Assembly: GCA_051362555.1 (NCBI GenBank) | Contig: CM120642.1 | Coordinates: 15,252,001 to 15,316,000 of the forward strand | Source: Lingula anatina | Taxonomy: Eukaryota > Animalia > Brachiopoda | Direction of reading: 5' to 3' | Length of the DNA stretch: 64,000 nucleotides | Shown: piece after piece, positions 50,301 to 64,000 of the stretch | Position numbering within the stretch: position 1 is the stretch's first letter | How the letters are laid out: each line of letters opens with the position of its first letter | Translations under genes and position numbers: made by a program | The notes under the pieces: generated by a model | What the model saw: only the letters and a program-made list of their open reading frames with translations | What the model was told of the DNA's origin: nothing | Database searches by the model: none

Positions 50301-53300
50301 GCGCGGTGATGAGGACCTACCGCTGCGTGGGTAGCCTCAAGTACAGCTTCTCCGATCGGAGCTGCTCTGGTTTCTCCAGCAGTAGCGGTAGTGTGAACGG
50401 TTCCAGGTTCTATGAACTGCCGGTCACATATCAGGCCGTATACAACCAGACGGTCAACCTGACCGAAAATCAGACAGTGTACATGTTCCCCAGCGACTCC
50501 CGATTCCAAGTAATTCAGGGCGATGTGTTGTCGGTTTACCAAATGGCAAATGAAGGGAAAATCGGAACCATTCCAACGGCAGATATCCCTGTGTTCAAGC
50601 AGAGCGCACCAGAAAACGAGGTCGTCGCGGCCACCGATGTGACGTCTAGTCGTACGCATTTTCTCGTCGAAGCTTTGGTGATCAGACCAGTGACAATCCG
50701 CGCACCAACTGTTTATGATACACCAGATGGATACAACGTCACAGCAACGGTATCCAGTGAAGTAACTGGAACGGTTTCCATGTCCAGCATCATACATGTC
50801 CAGTACAGAGTGGCAAACGTAACTTGGATTATCTCTGATTATGGTACGGACGTTTTACTGCCACTTAGACAAAAAAAAATGAGCAAGATTCATACTTATC
50901 TTAATTAATGTCCTGGTTTTGTTTTTGTCGTCTTGATTTAAATACATTATGATAATTAAATAATAAAGAGAGTTGCAGGATTTTCACGGTTACACCATAA
51001 AACGGTAGCATTATTACCCGATAACAATATTTTATATATTTTATGCACTAATGGTATTTTATTCCAGGTGAGGCAAATAGGGCATTTGACGTTATAGTTC
51101 CTGAACACCCAGGGACTAATAGTACCTACGTTATCGACTGGGGAGACGGCTATTTTGATATAACTCAGGAGAGGAATATAACGCACGTCTATCGCGAGAC
51201 AGGAGAATTGATTGTCGTTCTGTCTGCATACAACCGGTTGAATTCAGTCACCATCAACGTAAGCTTTTCTTGATTCGTTTTCAAACTTAAAATAATGACG
51301 GCGTCTTTTAATTGCGAGCATCAAATTGTTTCTATTGTAACGTTCATATCCAAGCTCTGTTTGGCGTTTTTCTGCTGATCAGGAAACGAGTAAAGATTGC
51401 TGTACTTAAAATCAATTAGTTTGCGTTTCCTTTGCGGAACACCAATTTATTCTACAAATATGCCCTTAGATAAGAATAGATATTGAACCATTGTAGTAAC
51501 CGTTTAGATCACATCACTGTTTGCTTTGCTCTATTGATTAGAAAACTGTCAACATCATTGATCGAATCGAGAGTGCCCATATTTCAATGACATATCCGCC
51601 AGCCTCTATTCTGGGTGATGTGACGTCCTTCGATATCACTTTGGCTCAAGGTAAATGGACAATATGTCAGGCTTTTTCATTTTGTAGCAAATGAAAAATT
51701 CATTCCATTCGTTAGAATACTAAAATGAATTTTCACAAAGAAGGGTAAATAAATCCATCGACTAGTTACTTTATACAAGAAGAATCGTGTATATTTTTAT
51801 GGTTGATGTTGAAACGTATCCTAAGCACAGAATAAAAGAATTGTCTGCATTATTCTAATTATAAATCTATTATGAAGGTGACACATCTACTTTATCTTTA
51901 CTCTAGGGTCACAGGTTAATTGCATCATAGATATTGGAAACGGGACCACTATATCCGTAGATAACGTGGGTGAGTATCAAGGAAATATCCTTATATAGCC
52001 GTTTTAGTCAGCGAAACAGTCATGACAATACGAGCAACTTGTCCCATTCTTGGATAATTAGTACTCTAAAAGAAGATAAGGTTGCTACCTGTCACATAAA
52101 TAACTGACTAGTCCCAAAGATTGTCTATAATTTCAGCACGTTCGCATTTATCTCCTACCCTTATTGCCGAATGCTAAATACATGTACTATACTGCATGAT
52201 TTTCACTAGCACGTTAATTTCACTCAATTAATATTTGTAAAACTATTTAACGCATTCTCAAGAGATCATTGGCAATTGTTTCCTTGTGGTCATTAAACAC
52301 TAATGTATAGGTCGCAGGTACAGGCGCATCGAGAACCGGCAGTGTGCGGGCCAAATACTAAAGAATATTACGGGTAACATTACCGCGGAGGAGTGCATGG
52401 ATGTGTGTGATGAAACACCGTATTGTATTACTTTGGAGCACTCGCACGATAACAGCTTGTGTCGCCTCTTCTTAGAACGGTGCAATCCAAGCACACAGTC
52501 ACTAACAGAAAGCAGCTACGATGCGACCATAGGTAAGTTTTTCATAGCCGTTTTCTTTTATTTTTGCAGCGTGGGTGTGATGATATATGATATATTTTAA
52601 TGCCCTCGTTCAAGTTCTTCTACAACATGCGTTAAAAGGATGACAACAACTAACGTGCATAAGGTTTACAAAAATGAATTCAACAAAAAAAGTGCCTCAA
52701 TAAAACAGAAACGTTATGTGAAAGAACGCAGCACCAGTAATGGCAGCGGTGGGATAAAAATCAGTGAATAAGTAAAACCGAAGCATTGATAACTTGGTTT
52801 ACACCTATACATTTCAGAACCAAGTTGGTTTTTCCACGCTGTCCCTGGAACCACATTAGTGGCTACAAATAAAACAGAATGGACCGACGGAGACGGCGAA
52901 AGTAAGCAAACCATTTTATCAGACACAGACTATATAGTCAGAACAAATTGCTTCCCCGAAAGGCGAATATCAATTTGAACGTAAATCGAGTCAAGGCGAG
53001 GTAAGATACTCAGCATCGAATATTGTACCTCTGTAATATACTTGGTCATATACATGTATTTTCTACTTTGAACCGTCATTTCAGCTACCATGGACGACTG
53101 TGCCAGGCAGTGTTTACTGCAGAATTGTTCTTCAATCGAGTGGACCTCGTCCTCTGACAGTTGTCTCATGAACTCACTTAATCTTTATGATGAGCCCAGC
53201 GCCATGAGACAAGACCCCAACGTCGTTCTACTTAATTTAAACAGTAGGTTGCATTTTTATTTTAATTTTTATCTCAGTTCATCTTTGATTTTATATAAGT

Positions 53301-56300
53301 ATTGGTTTCAGAGAATAATCTTATTGTGATTTATTATATTAAATATGTGAGGGTGAACTTTTCCGGATATTGAAAATGCATAAACATTTAAGAAATTATC
53401 AATATCAAAGCGTCTGCGAGTAGATAGAGAATCTCTTTAGAAAAAAATGTCAGACATAAACGCTAGATATTACTACTGTTTTGGACGAAATTTAATCAAT
53501 AAAAATGTGTTATGTTTTGATTTTCAGAGGACTACTGCGTCGATGATATGATGTTAACGGTAGAAAAAGAACAAATTGATGGACTCAATACATCTGGCGG
53601 AGTGACCATGGGTCTATTGGACACGGACCACGCCTTTCTCCTGGCCATGACTTCCGTCCCCGAAATGCAGGTTCGAAGACAAATATGAATAAGAAAGAGT
53701 CAAATATGATTCTAGACATTGGTCTGTTACATTATTTGGCAAACTATTACTGTAATAAGAGAAAATCGGTAATTGCACGCATTCTCCATCAGAGATCATC
53801 AGATACAGTAGATGATCGCTGAGTTGTTAGAACGAGATGGGGTGTAAGAATTAAAGTTTATTGGTTATAAAGAAACATACCCAAATGAACGGAAATTTGA
53901 ATGCACTGTTTGTTAAGTGGACCTTTAGGACCCGACATAGGTCAGTGCTTGGTCCTCAACTGATTGTTGCTATATATAATTTCTGTTCCATCCGCAGCAT
54001 GGTTTATACTCATGTACGAGGAATTCTAAATGAGAAAGTATTTCATTTCCAGATAAATCTTCGAGCTCGTAGTGCAATTCGTGCTTTGGTTACTCAGGGG
54101 GAGCGGGGCACGACAAACTGGTTGACCAGCTACACGCTTGAGCATAGCGAAGATGGAATTGTTTGGGAAAAAGTGACCGATAACAATGGGACAGAGGTAT
54201 GTATAAGATTTATCAATATTCTTTCTATCAGCCCATTAGAGACATCGAGTTGTTATTAAGGTTGTAAAAGGATTTCTGTCACTTCACTTTTAAAGTCTTG
54301 GTTTTACACTTTGCCAGTTTCTATACATTGATACTTTTAATACATGTGTATATAAAATGAACGTATTATGATAATTTTCAATTAGCTTAAATCGAAGTCC
54401 ATATTGTGCTCACGTGTCTTAGATAACATGAGGATTTTTTATTTCAGATTGAGTTTGAAGGCAATACTGATGCGGAGACCAAGGTTATAAACAGACTACC
54501 TACCATTGTGTTGACAAGACATCTCCGCATCATAGCTGTGAACTGGACCGGAGCACCTGCCTTCAGACTTGGCATACAAAGCTGTGAAGGTAATATTGAA
54601 GGCTTAGAAAGACGTTTTCATTGTCTAGTACAAATGTAGTAAGTGTGTGGATTACAAGTTTCTCAGTTCTCTCTGTAGTGCGCACAAGAAGAATTTCAAA
54701 TGTTATGAAACATTTTATTTTTGTATTTATTACCATAATTTGTGCCAATAATGCTAAGTTATGCACACATACAGAGTATCTCTTTAGATCCTTTTTCTTT
54801 TGCCTCAAGCCACATCCCTTCCAGGTTAGACACCTGGGTCCCGTAACTCGAAAGCATCGCCTATTGCGAAGAGCGATATCACATAGAGGCTACAATGTAT
54901 TATATGGGGCGAGAATGGGCAAGGTATGGAATCGAGACGCTTGCGCTCGGTCGCAATGCGCGATGCTTTCGAGTTACCGGGCCCTGTTCTACAAAATGTA
55001 GTGTTTACCCTCTTAATAAGCCAGCTGATGTACGGTACAAAATGTGATTGTGTGCGGAGGACGGCTTGATAGACTTGTTGTGCAAGTGGTATCATTTTGC
55101 AGTTAAGAAACTCGTTATTTCAGCCATCACAATGCGATACCAACTGAACTACACGTTTCCGGCACTGGGAGTTTATAACGTGCAAATGAACTGTTCCAAT
55201 GTACTAACTGAAAACCAGTCAGTTTCTGCGGACGTCTTTGTGCCGGTCGAAAGCAAGATAACGAGTTTTGAGTGGTTAGAAGTAGGGCCTGTGACATTCG
55301 GAGAGAACGCCACCATCCGAGTCCGGGCTGACAGTGGCAACAATGTCGTTATTAAGGGTACGCTAAACGAAACTGTCCTGACGGCTGGTTTCTATAACGA
55401 CACGTCGCAAGAGGGTACATTGCTCCTTAAAGCAGACGATTACAAGACCATTGGTCATTATCAACTGCTGGTGGTGATGGATAATTTCGTAAGCGACCCG
55501 GTTGAAAATCTGACTGAGTTATGGGTGGATTATCGTATAGAAAACCTTACCGTGCAGACGACAGAATACTCGGTTGCTACAGGTTCTGAAGTGAATGTCA
55601 CTGTCTCAGTTGGTCAGGGATCGAGGTTACAGATACAAACTGGTGTGGCGTTACAGAGTTACATGGAATATTTTGAAATGCTCACAGCAAATGATACCAT
55701 TACGTATATTTTTAATCTCAGTGACGTTGGCATAATAACTATACCCGTGCATGTCTCAAACCCAGTTTCAGAAGCTCTCAGAAACGTGTCATTTAAGGTG
55801 CAAAGGCCGGTGTCAAATATGGAATTCTCGGCTCTTCAAAATATCCATCCAATATATCCAAACGCTGACGCCACAATTACGTTTTCTGTTGCCTGTAACG
55901 TTGATGACGTGCTTTTACCAACTAACGCCAGCGCAGAATTCGACTTCGGTGACAATAAAACGGCCACAGAGACTCTTACCTCCTTTGTCGACAATACCTT
56001 CCTCGTCTCCGTAATGAATAGTACTAACGCCTGGCTTTACAGTCACAACTACAGCACCAAGGGGACATACATAACCACGCTCAATGTGTCCAACGACATC
56101 AACAACATGTTTTTGTTGACAGAAGTGGTCATAGAAGAATATATAATCGGGCTGAGCATAGGTGTGAATTCGCGCCATGCCAGAGTGAACGAGCTGGTGT
56201 CTCTGAACGGCACAATAGACTGGGGCTCAGACCATGTGTACAACTGGAACCTAGAAAATGGTATTCCAGAAGGAATGTATACCACCAATTCTACTGCCTC

Positions 56301-59300
56301 AAGTTCAATTTTTCACAGGTTTAGAATGCCCGGGGTGTATAATATTTCATTGACTGCTTCCAATCAAGTCAACCAGATGACCGTGTTTGACTCAATCATC
56401 GTGCAGCATCCGATTCAGAATCTATCAATATCAGGACGCAAGTTTTCCCTCCGCCCAATTCCAGAAGGGAAGGTCAATGCAACGTTCGCGCTTCAAGTCG
56501 AAGCACCGCTCCCTACAGATGCCATTTTTGAAGTGGAATTTGGAGATGACACCCCACGTAAACCTGCGACTGAGCTGCTGTGCACCTTTTCCTCGGCAGA
56601 TAAGTGTCTTGAAGTTTCTCACATCTTTACCCAGCCTGGTGATTTCACAGTTACCGTGTTCGCATGGAATCTCGTCAGTAACGTCACCGCCCACTTTAAC
56701 CACAGCGTATTTGACAAAATCAGTGGACTGCACAAGGTCCTGTTCTACGGAAACGATTCCTCTGGCGGGCATGGTGACAGTCACATTTACTTTCCATCCC
56801 ATGAACCGATCACCTTTGTATCCAACCAGACCTCAGGAACCGACTTGACATATTTTTGGGACTTTGACGATGGGTCTGTGCATAGTACCACTGTTAATGA
56901 GGTGATTCATGTTTACTCTGAACCAAAGGAGTACGCTGTCACACTAAATGCGTCAAACCCCATGGATTCTGAAGTCATTACCAAGCACATTGTCATTCAG
57001 AGAGCAGTTAATATGGTAGAACTAAATGAAACAGGACCCCACGCAACCAACGAAAGCTATAAGTTTTTCATTTGGACAGACACGATGCCAACTAACGCCT
57101 CCTATTGTGTCTTCTTTGATGTCCCTCGACTGCAGTGGCAAAAGAGATGTTTTGGAAACGTAGATCATTGTTCACGGGCGTGTGGTGATTACCCGTACTC
57201 TGGAGACGTCAGTAATGGGTTTACCAATAGCTTCCGCTCCGTTGGAAAATTCACTGTAAATGCTACTGTTTCTAATATGGTGTCTACGAAGTCTACATCT
57301 ACCATGTTTATCGTCACTAAAGGACCCTGCGCCATTCCCAAAGTTGATATAAAGGAGCCTAACCAATGTCTTGATCTTTGTGACGGCCAAAAGCGGAAGG
57401 TCTTCTACCGTTCAAACCCAGTCATCATTTCGTCCTCCGTCCGATTGAACTGCACCAGCTCACCCACAGCAAACTACATTTGGGGCGTGAATTGGTATAA
57501 CACAAGTATTGAGCAATGGCAAGATATGTCTCGTTTGTTCAGCAACCTCAGCATTGCATTCAACAGCACTTACTTAAACAGGTTGGAGATACCCAAAAAC
57601 GTACTTTTGTATGGCATCTATAATTTCACTCTAAACGTCTCAATGGTTAATGAAATCAATCTTTGGCAAATGGACAGCGTTTTGGTGGCTTTAAATGCAA
57701 CGCCGATGAGTGTGATAGGCGGCGGTTCGTATACCCGTCTAGAGTACGGCGCGAACTATACAATGAACCCTCTCCAATATCTCCGAGATCCTGACAATCC
57801 GATATCTGCCGAGGACAATTCTCTGGTCTCCATCGACTGGTTCTGTGAGGTACCTTGCAGAGATTCACCTGGCAAATGCGGATGTTTTCAAGAAGGGAAG
57901 CAGGGTGACAATCCAGGTACGCCTAATATACATGTATATCTTATTTTCAAAATGACGTTTTAAATGCGTTACGCAACATGTTTTTTTTTTTCTCTTAATA
58001 CATTTTATGTTGTACTTCAACTATTCATCACGATAAAATGAAAAAGATAACACTGTATTTTACATTGGAATGTCATCACATGATCATTAAGTATAATAGC
58101 TAGGTGCTTTAAAGATAGGAACGGGGCAATCAAAAAACCGGAATTATGATATCACATTTTAATAAAGGCAAGCTTCCAACACCATGGGTTCCAAAGGAGG
58201 GTCGTGATGGAGATGTTATTAACTACAACGTCGTGAACTTCACTATGACAATAGTGAGCGTGTTACTGTACCAAGAGAATGGAACCCACAGTTTCTGGGC
58301 CGTGGTAAAAAAGGTTGACCCTTTGACCGGTTTCACGAGAAACAGTCCAAATATCACAATGGACGTGTTTCTGACGCAGGGTGATCCACCAGAGACAACA
58401 ATAGAGTATGTATATCAATTAACTCCTTATTGTAAAATCCATGCATATGCTTAACTCTCAAGTTGTTACCGCTGATGACAACTAAGTAGCATTGCACTAG
58501 AAGAAAAAAGGGCCATTGCGAAAATTTGATTGCATTCATTAGCCCTAGTACTAGTATTAGGTTACGTTGTTCTCAATGACAAATAATATCCATCAATAAG
58601 TCATATCAAATGTACCCATCTTTCCTTTTTATATTCTGCATCTGAAACTGTACATGCTGTATTCAAAATTGTATTGAACTCTAAAACCAACATACATTTA
58701 TTTGACCTACAAACTGGTCACTGTCTGCAAAAAAGCATAAAATGATATTTTTTCTTAAATAGATGTGCTACTAACTGCATGGAAAAAGTGAACCCATTCA
58801 GCAAGTTTTCGCTTCGGTCAGTCATTGCTGGCTTCGTGAAAGGAGTGTTGTACAACTACGAGTAAGTAGTACATGTATTATCTTTTGAATTGAACTTTAA
58901 AATCAGTAAAAGAGTTGAAAACATACAGTCTGCTGTTATGTATTTTTTTTATTTTTACTTCTTTTGCGTAAGATGAAAGAAATACCATGAATGAGGGGAG
59001 CGTGCGGCTATTTACACACCCAAAGATTGTATGTGCTCAAACGACACACAGTCACAAACACGCGCGGGCGCGCGCGCCTGAGCATGCACCCATGCAATCA
59101 CAATAGAAAACCCTTTTCTTGTGCCCTTGGATCCGCTTCTACTCTCTTATCAAAAATAATTGATATGACTGTTATGTTAATACAGTTAATCGCCAAGTTA
59201 CGCAGCTTACAAGATTCAAGGAAATACTTCTTATTTCTCAGATGGAACATGCACGATAAGCTTTCGAACCAGTCCCTGGTTGAAAATCTTCATAATTCGT

Positions 59301-60117
59301 GGGACAGAGGGGAGTGGCGGAGTAAAACGGCTACTGGGCTGGATTCCGCAAACCTGGCTATAAACAAAGACACTTTCGAGGGACGTTACCAGGAGTACTT
59401 TATAATATCTTTGAAAGCGTACCGTCGTAGCAGCGGACCAGCCAATTTTGGTAACATTTCCTTCCACTGTGCATGTTACTTATTCGACGCCTTACTTTGT
59501 ATTTACAGTAATACATATTGATTCCGAAAGGAAAGCTAACATTAGACAAACTCTGTATTTTAATAGGATCCCCAGATTTTAACATTATTACTCAGTCCTG
59601 TAGGGACTACAAATTTCAACGGGAATCGAGATTAGAATGCCCCAATATTGGGTTTTATCGTAAATGTTTGCGCACACGGCCGCTATACGTTCTGTCGTAT
59701 ACCAAAGTAATGGGTCAGAGTTGGCATGTTGTTACTGGTGTAATTCCACATAATATATATTCTTCTTTTTGATTCCCTTTAGGAATGGCAACGTATGTAA
59801 TATTAATCAACGAACCGCCTGTCGCAGGGAACTGCACCGTGTCTCCAAACAATGGGACCTCCTTGCAGACCAAGTTCTCAATTAAGTGTCAAGGATTTAG
59901 CGACAAGGACGCACCTTTGAGCTATGAGTTTGGACAACGTCTTAGCAGCGGTGTGGTATGGTTCGATCAAAGTACGTACTGCTATTAGTTCATAACCAGT
60001 GGTCTTCTGCTGGAGTCCGTACCCGCCCCCCCCCCCCCCCACCCCCACCCACCCACCCACACACACAGTATAACCAAGTGACATTTCCTGCCTTATTGGT
60101 CGAAACCCTCATAAGCT

Positions 60118-60155
<38 letters not shown>

Positions 60156-61390
60156 ACACACACACTCACACACACCACCACCACAGCCGCCACTGTTATT
60201 TTTCTGCTGCTAGATACCCTTTTTCTTGAGACTTACGGCAATATCATGACTTGGTATACTATGCCCAATAAATAGTTTGATATGACTTCCCTCGTAAGTT
60301 TACAAAACGAAAGAGATTCTCTTTCAGTCTGTCTAGAATTCCTGTAAGAGCAGAAGTTACTTCTGATGTCTTCAGCGCTTTTTATGCGTGGGTCCATTTA
60401 ATTTTTAAACACGTCCACCCTTCCCTTTGGAAGCAACGTTGAGCGTTATAAATCATATTTAGCAGAAATTCAAGTTTGTTGGAGTTTGGGACCCTTTTTT
60501 TAGTCACCAAGGCAGTGATTTTTCTTTTATTCTTCTGTGCGTTTTTTCAGATGTATTACCAAGTACCAATAAAGGTGTATGGTTGTCTCCAGGCAGACAA
60601 GAGGACGACTTTAAAACAAGCATTGTGGTCCGTGTCAAAGATCACATACAAACCCACATAGACGTAGACTTCCAGGTCAAGGTGGGTAGAACCACTTTTT
60701 CATTTACCTTCATATATATACTGTTAATGTATTTGTATAATATTTCTAACGTTATGACGTAATGTAACGTCTTTGTGTTTATGCGCGGCCCAGCCAGTGG
60801 ATAAAATTATAATGTCCAGCATCTGCTACTCATATGTTGCTATACATTTACAGTGAATACTGTGTATAGCTAGTGTGTCGTGCCAATGACTAACCATATA
60901 ATATGGATTTACCCCAAGGTTGAGCTACCAGATATGGAACCAACAGAATTTGATAACTTTCTTTCGGGGGAAGAAGGAATCATTGCACAGAGCAAAAAGG
61001 CCAAAGACATTCAGGCCATGATTCAAATCAGTTTTGCGGCAACTTCCATATTGGACAAGAATGAAGGTTGGTGATCCCTCTCTCTCTCTCTCTCCCTCTC
61101 CCTCTCTCTCTCTCTCAATAGTCATAATTATTTTGCTTATATATTTTTTTGCATTTATAGATGAATCTGGCGGTGGTGACAGTAGTGGGGATCCTTCCCA
61201 GTCCCGAAAGGTAAGAATGCAAGCAATAAACGTACACTGTTTTATTTTAATTATAATGTTGATTTTTTTTTGTATTCTCGGAGATGAATCTTTTAATATA
61301 AACTAGGCAAACGCGGCGTTTACAGCTTTCATTATACCGTAACCCACTGTCAATTCTATTGCTTTTCCAACACTAGTGCACTTTTTAATT

Positions 61391-61422
<32 letters not shown>

Positions 61423-63769
61423 ACACCGTGGTGTTTTGTGAAATTTGGACATTAATACCCAGACTACACGTATGTCTTTCAGCTTAAGGAAGACATAATC
61501 GAGGGACTGACCAGTATTGACCCTGCACCTAACGTTCAAAGCGCCAGGCAGTTTTCTCAGGCACTTGGAAAGGTGACAAACAAAAGAGAAGATTGTTCTG
61601 ACAAAATTCAGGAAGATTCTAATCAAGCTTTGTCCAAAGTTGTTGATATTGTCAGCGACCAAGCTGGTGACAAGGATGTTGATGGGGACTCGCTCGACTT
61701 ATGCGCATATGAAATGTTCTCAACCATTGGTATGTTCGCTTATTAAAATATATTTATTAAGAAATATCGTAGTGCCTTTAATATAAATTAAATAATGAAT
61801 AGAAGTCAATAAAGATATTTGTCACTGGTTTTGTTCCTAAAACATAATACATGTTGCAGTGACGTTTTATCTTTAAAACTAAGGCATTTCTAATTTTTTA
61901 AATATTCACAGGTAATCTTTTTGATGCAACCAGTAGCATAGAGGGTACAAATGAATACACCACGACCCCAGCTAACAGTGGTCAATCTGATGACAGCAGT
62001 TCAAATAACAGGGTAGGCCTTTTTCTCTCTTAAAAATTTCATGCATTTAATGCATTAATTGAATGGTGATGGCTCACACCCAGGGTTCGTTTTTATAAAA
62101 AGGAATTTAAGAAAAAAACTTTCAGTTTAAGATAAACCTTTTGTAGTTCTCCTAAATAAAGTAAATGTATTTATTTGTTTCAATTATTTCAAACACAAGT
62201 CACGTCTTTTCGTGTTTAAAATAACCTTATTATTTAGTTATAATCATATGAACAATAGTGATTCATTTTGGGTAAAAAAACAGAGTTTGGACTAAATATT
62301 TAGGACAGTTGTCAAAATAAATGACAAAAATGTTTTACAACAGGACTTTGAGGATAAAAAACAACAAATGGATGTTCAATTTATGTCAGTTTTCGCAAAA
62401 ACTGTTCATTTTGAAGGAGCAAAAGGTTCTCAGGTTAAAATGTAAACGATTCTTTTTTTCTAGGCCAAACATTTCTCAGAGCAGCTCGAGCAAAATTTGG
62501 ATAAATTATCCGATGCTATACTTAAGAAAAAGGTATCTGGTGAAACGGCGTCCAATTTTACTACTCCTAAACTCTCCGTTACCCTTTACAAAAGTTTCAC
62601 CACAGGATTAGACAATGGTAAGAACGTGTGTGCTTCCGTGCGTGCGTGCATGGTTGCATGTGTACGTGTGTGTACGTGCATATATTAACGGATTCGAACT
62701 TGCAACTTTCATCTGCAAATGACTTCTGGTTTTTTCAGCATGCAGTTTACTCACTTAAACTAATGCCCTTATTGATTTTCAAACGCAATATGCCTACTAT
62801 ATATTAAGGAGAGAAAATACCCAATCATTATACATACATAAATTTTAGCTACCTTCCGAACTGGGGGCTGCGGCTCATTTAAAATCGGATCCATGGAAGG
62901 AATATTTAAGAACGGAAACAGTACACCGTACTTCGTTCAAGGAAAGGTAAGAAAAAGTGCACACAAATGCATATGGTAATGTGTGAACTTTAAGATAACC
63001 AGTAACTTTTTGGTTTCGAAATACCCTGATGTGGTAGTTAAGTAGATAAAGTTTAATAAATAAATAAATTGGCTTTTTGGTATATTAGGCGATTTTGTAG
63101 AGGAAAGGGCAAGCTCTAATAGTCGTATAAGGTGGGTGGCATTTTAAATCTACTAATCCCAAAATTAATATAATTAATGAATGATTTAAGTAATTTGTGG
63201 TAAGAACGCTTTTCCACGTACCTGTGTGTACTGATACGTAATGAAATTATATTTTTACCGTACTAGGCTCTGTTCCAAGAGAACAATACCAGAAATTGGG
63301 CAGAGGGGTCGGACGGAATCAAAAGCAATGTTTTAGCACTAGATTTTAAGGACGAAGATGGGAGACGCGTCGTTGTGAGTGACAGACCGGAAGAAATCGA
63401 GGTATGGATCAAGCAAAAGGGGGACAATGCTTCAGTAAATGAAGTACACGGTATCACCAGCAGGTTGGACGACCCAATGGGAGTGCACATAATTCCAATT
63501 CCGCAGTATGCTGCCGTGTTCCTAAAGATAAGAAGAGCGGAAAATGGCAACATATCAGGAAATTCGACCAATGCTACTAGTGAGGATCCTATGGAGCCAC
63601 TTAAATTTATTCTGTACGTCAAGAAAGGTAGTAAACCAACCGAAGAATCACATGATTGGAATTGCACGGTGGTGACGTCACTGATGCTTGATGATATTAC
63701 AGACGAATGTGGCCAAAAGGATAAGTTGAGTTTGGACACTTGCTTCTTTGATCACCATACACTGAATAT
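40627..63769 (+). CDS. Polycystin-1-like / REJ-family receptor (PKD1-like), N-terminal about 2610 aa; continues beyond the window
   Basis: 30 phase-consistent exons (7835 nt): 40627-40659, 40948-40990 (signal peptide MYATPALFLYLVSCLVV..); 41221-41347, 42296-42495 (WSC: YEGC..C...C..YAAL..G..C.C..C..PCPGD..CGG); 47160-47336, 47541-47762, 49629-49789, 50210-50843, 51068-51258 (PKD, IDWGDG), 51542-51650, 51907-51969; 52311-52532, 52818-52901, 53085-53243 (two PAN); 53528-53670, 54053-54196, 54448-54589 (F5/8C: VTQG, W..SY.L..S.DG..W, FEGN.D); 55103-57916 (PKD repeats FDFGD/WDFDDG, then REJ start); 58168-58405, 58763-58861, 59242-59450, 59783-59971 (NEPP..GNCTVSP..G), 60551-60681; 60919-61066, 61161-61210, 61483-61729, 61912-62012, 62464-62617, 62849-62946, 63267-63769 (GAIN-like). 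Confidence 0.92.
42774..46112. mobile_element. About 3.3-kb TIR-bounded non-autonomous DNA element in intron 4 of the PKD1-like gene
   Basis: Left TGTTAAGATACTTCATGGTATATTACCACTTC; right reverse complement TGTTAAGGTACTTCATGGTATATTACTACTTC. Subterminal ACTTCAT repeats at both ends. No TSD or transposase recognised. Confidence 0.7.
44824..44955. mobile_element. 132-bp hairpin MITE with 8-bp TSD
   Basis: 63-bp arms 44824-44886 and 44893-44955 are exact reverse complements around a CAAGTA loop; CATGTAGC at 44816-44823 and 44956-44963. Confidence 0.92.
54837..54983. mobile_element. Harbinger-like MITE with CTG TSD in a PKD1-like intron
   Basis: 24-bp TIRs GGTCCCGTAACTCGAAAGCATCGC / GCGATGCTTTCGAGTTACCGGGCC (2 mismatches), flanked by CTG on both sides. 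Confidence 0.8.
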
Positions 63770-64000
63770 GTGAGTAAACGTTCCTTCGCGTTTTTTTTCT
63801 GTTGTTGTATCTCATACAAACAATTCTTATCCCTGTAAAGTTATTCCTGTATGAACATGTCGGTTTATCACCTTTATAAGAAAGTAAATTACACGATAGT
63901 TTTTTTTTTTGTTTTTGTTTTTTTTTTTAATTTTAAGCCTTCTAAAGAATTTTTCATTAGTTAATGCTTTACTCAAAAACACGTTGGTTTACTTTAATTA

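Noticed and set aside
50147-50797. 216-aa antisense ORF (likewise 56431-56802, 61303-61662, 63263-63739)
   Set aside because: Shadow frames of real + strand exons with no independent motifs.
54621-55095. Possible extra PKD1-like exon in the GC-richer stretch
   Set aside because: Both candidate acceptors hit early in-frame stops, and the stretch is a TIR/TSD-bounded MITE.
55048-57963. 971-aa ORF as a stand-alone gene
   Set aside because: It is the 2814-nt internal exon 55103-57916 of the PKD1-like gene, with intronic read-through at both ends.
1-64000. SLC22, GPCR, TIR-SAM and polycystin as one functional cluster
   Set aside because: Adjacency in an animal genome is not evidence of co-function, and no shared regulatory signal is visible.

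Overview
AT-rich, intron-containing animal DNA. The frequent TACATGTA motifs and gene content suggest a marine invertebrate, probably a lophotrochozoan (inference). All exon models were built by eye from GT-AG sites and phase checks; no searches were run. (1) 1-23 kb: a tandem array of four + strand SLC22 (MFS organic ion transporter) genes: the 3' end of copy A, intact 10-exon copies B and C, and copy D with a frameshift near its end. Relics of further copies lie at 23.5-29 kb. The array shows exon-limited gene conversion, and copy C looks chimeric. (2) 24-30 kb: transposon debris, including a fold-back Tc1 (DD34E) element and an RTE-like LINE tail with an 11-bp TSD. (3) 31-32 kb: an intronless rhodopsin-class GPCR on the - strand. 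(4) 32.5-38 kb: a rearranged TIR-SAM innate-immune-type locus absent from the ORF track. Spliceable SAM-like exons lie on +, their last two exons are triplicated, and a TIR exon lies on - with a 47-bp internal micro-inversion. (5) 40.6-63.8 kb: the first 30 coding exons (about 2610 aa) of a polycystin-1/REJ-like receptor (signal peptide, WSC, PKD repeats, REJ, GAIN), running off the window. A phase-symmetric PAN-PAN-F5/8C cassette sits inside one of its PKD domains. Several palindromic MITEs occur, including a hairpin with perfect 63-bp arms and an 8-bp TSD.
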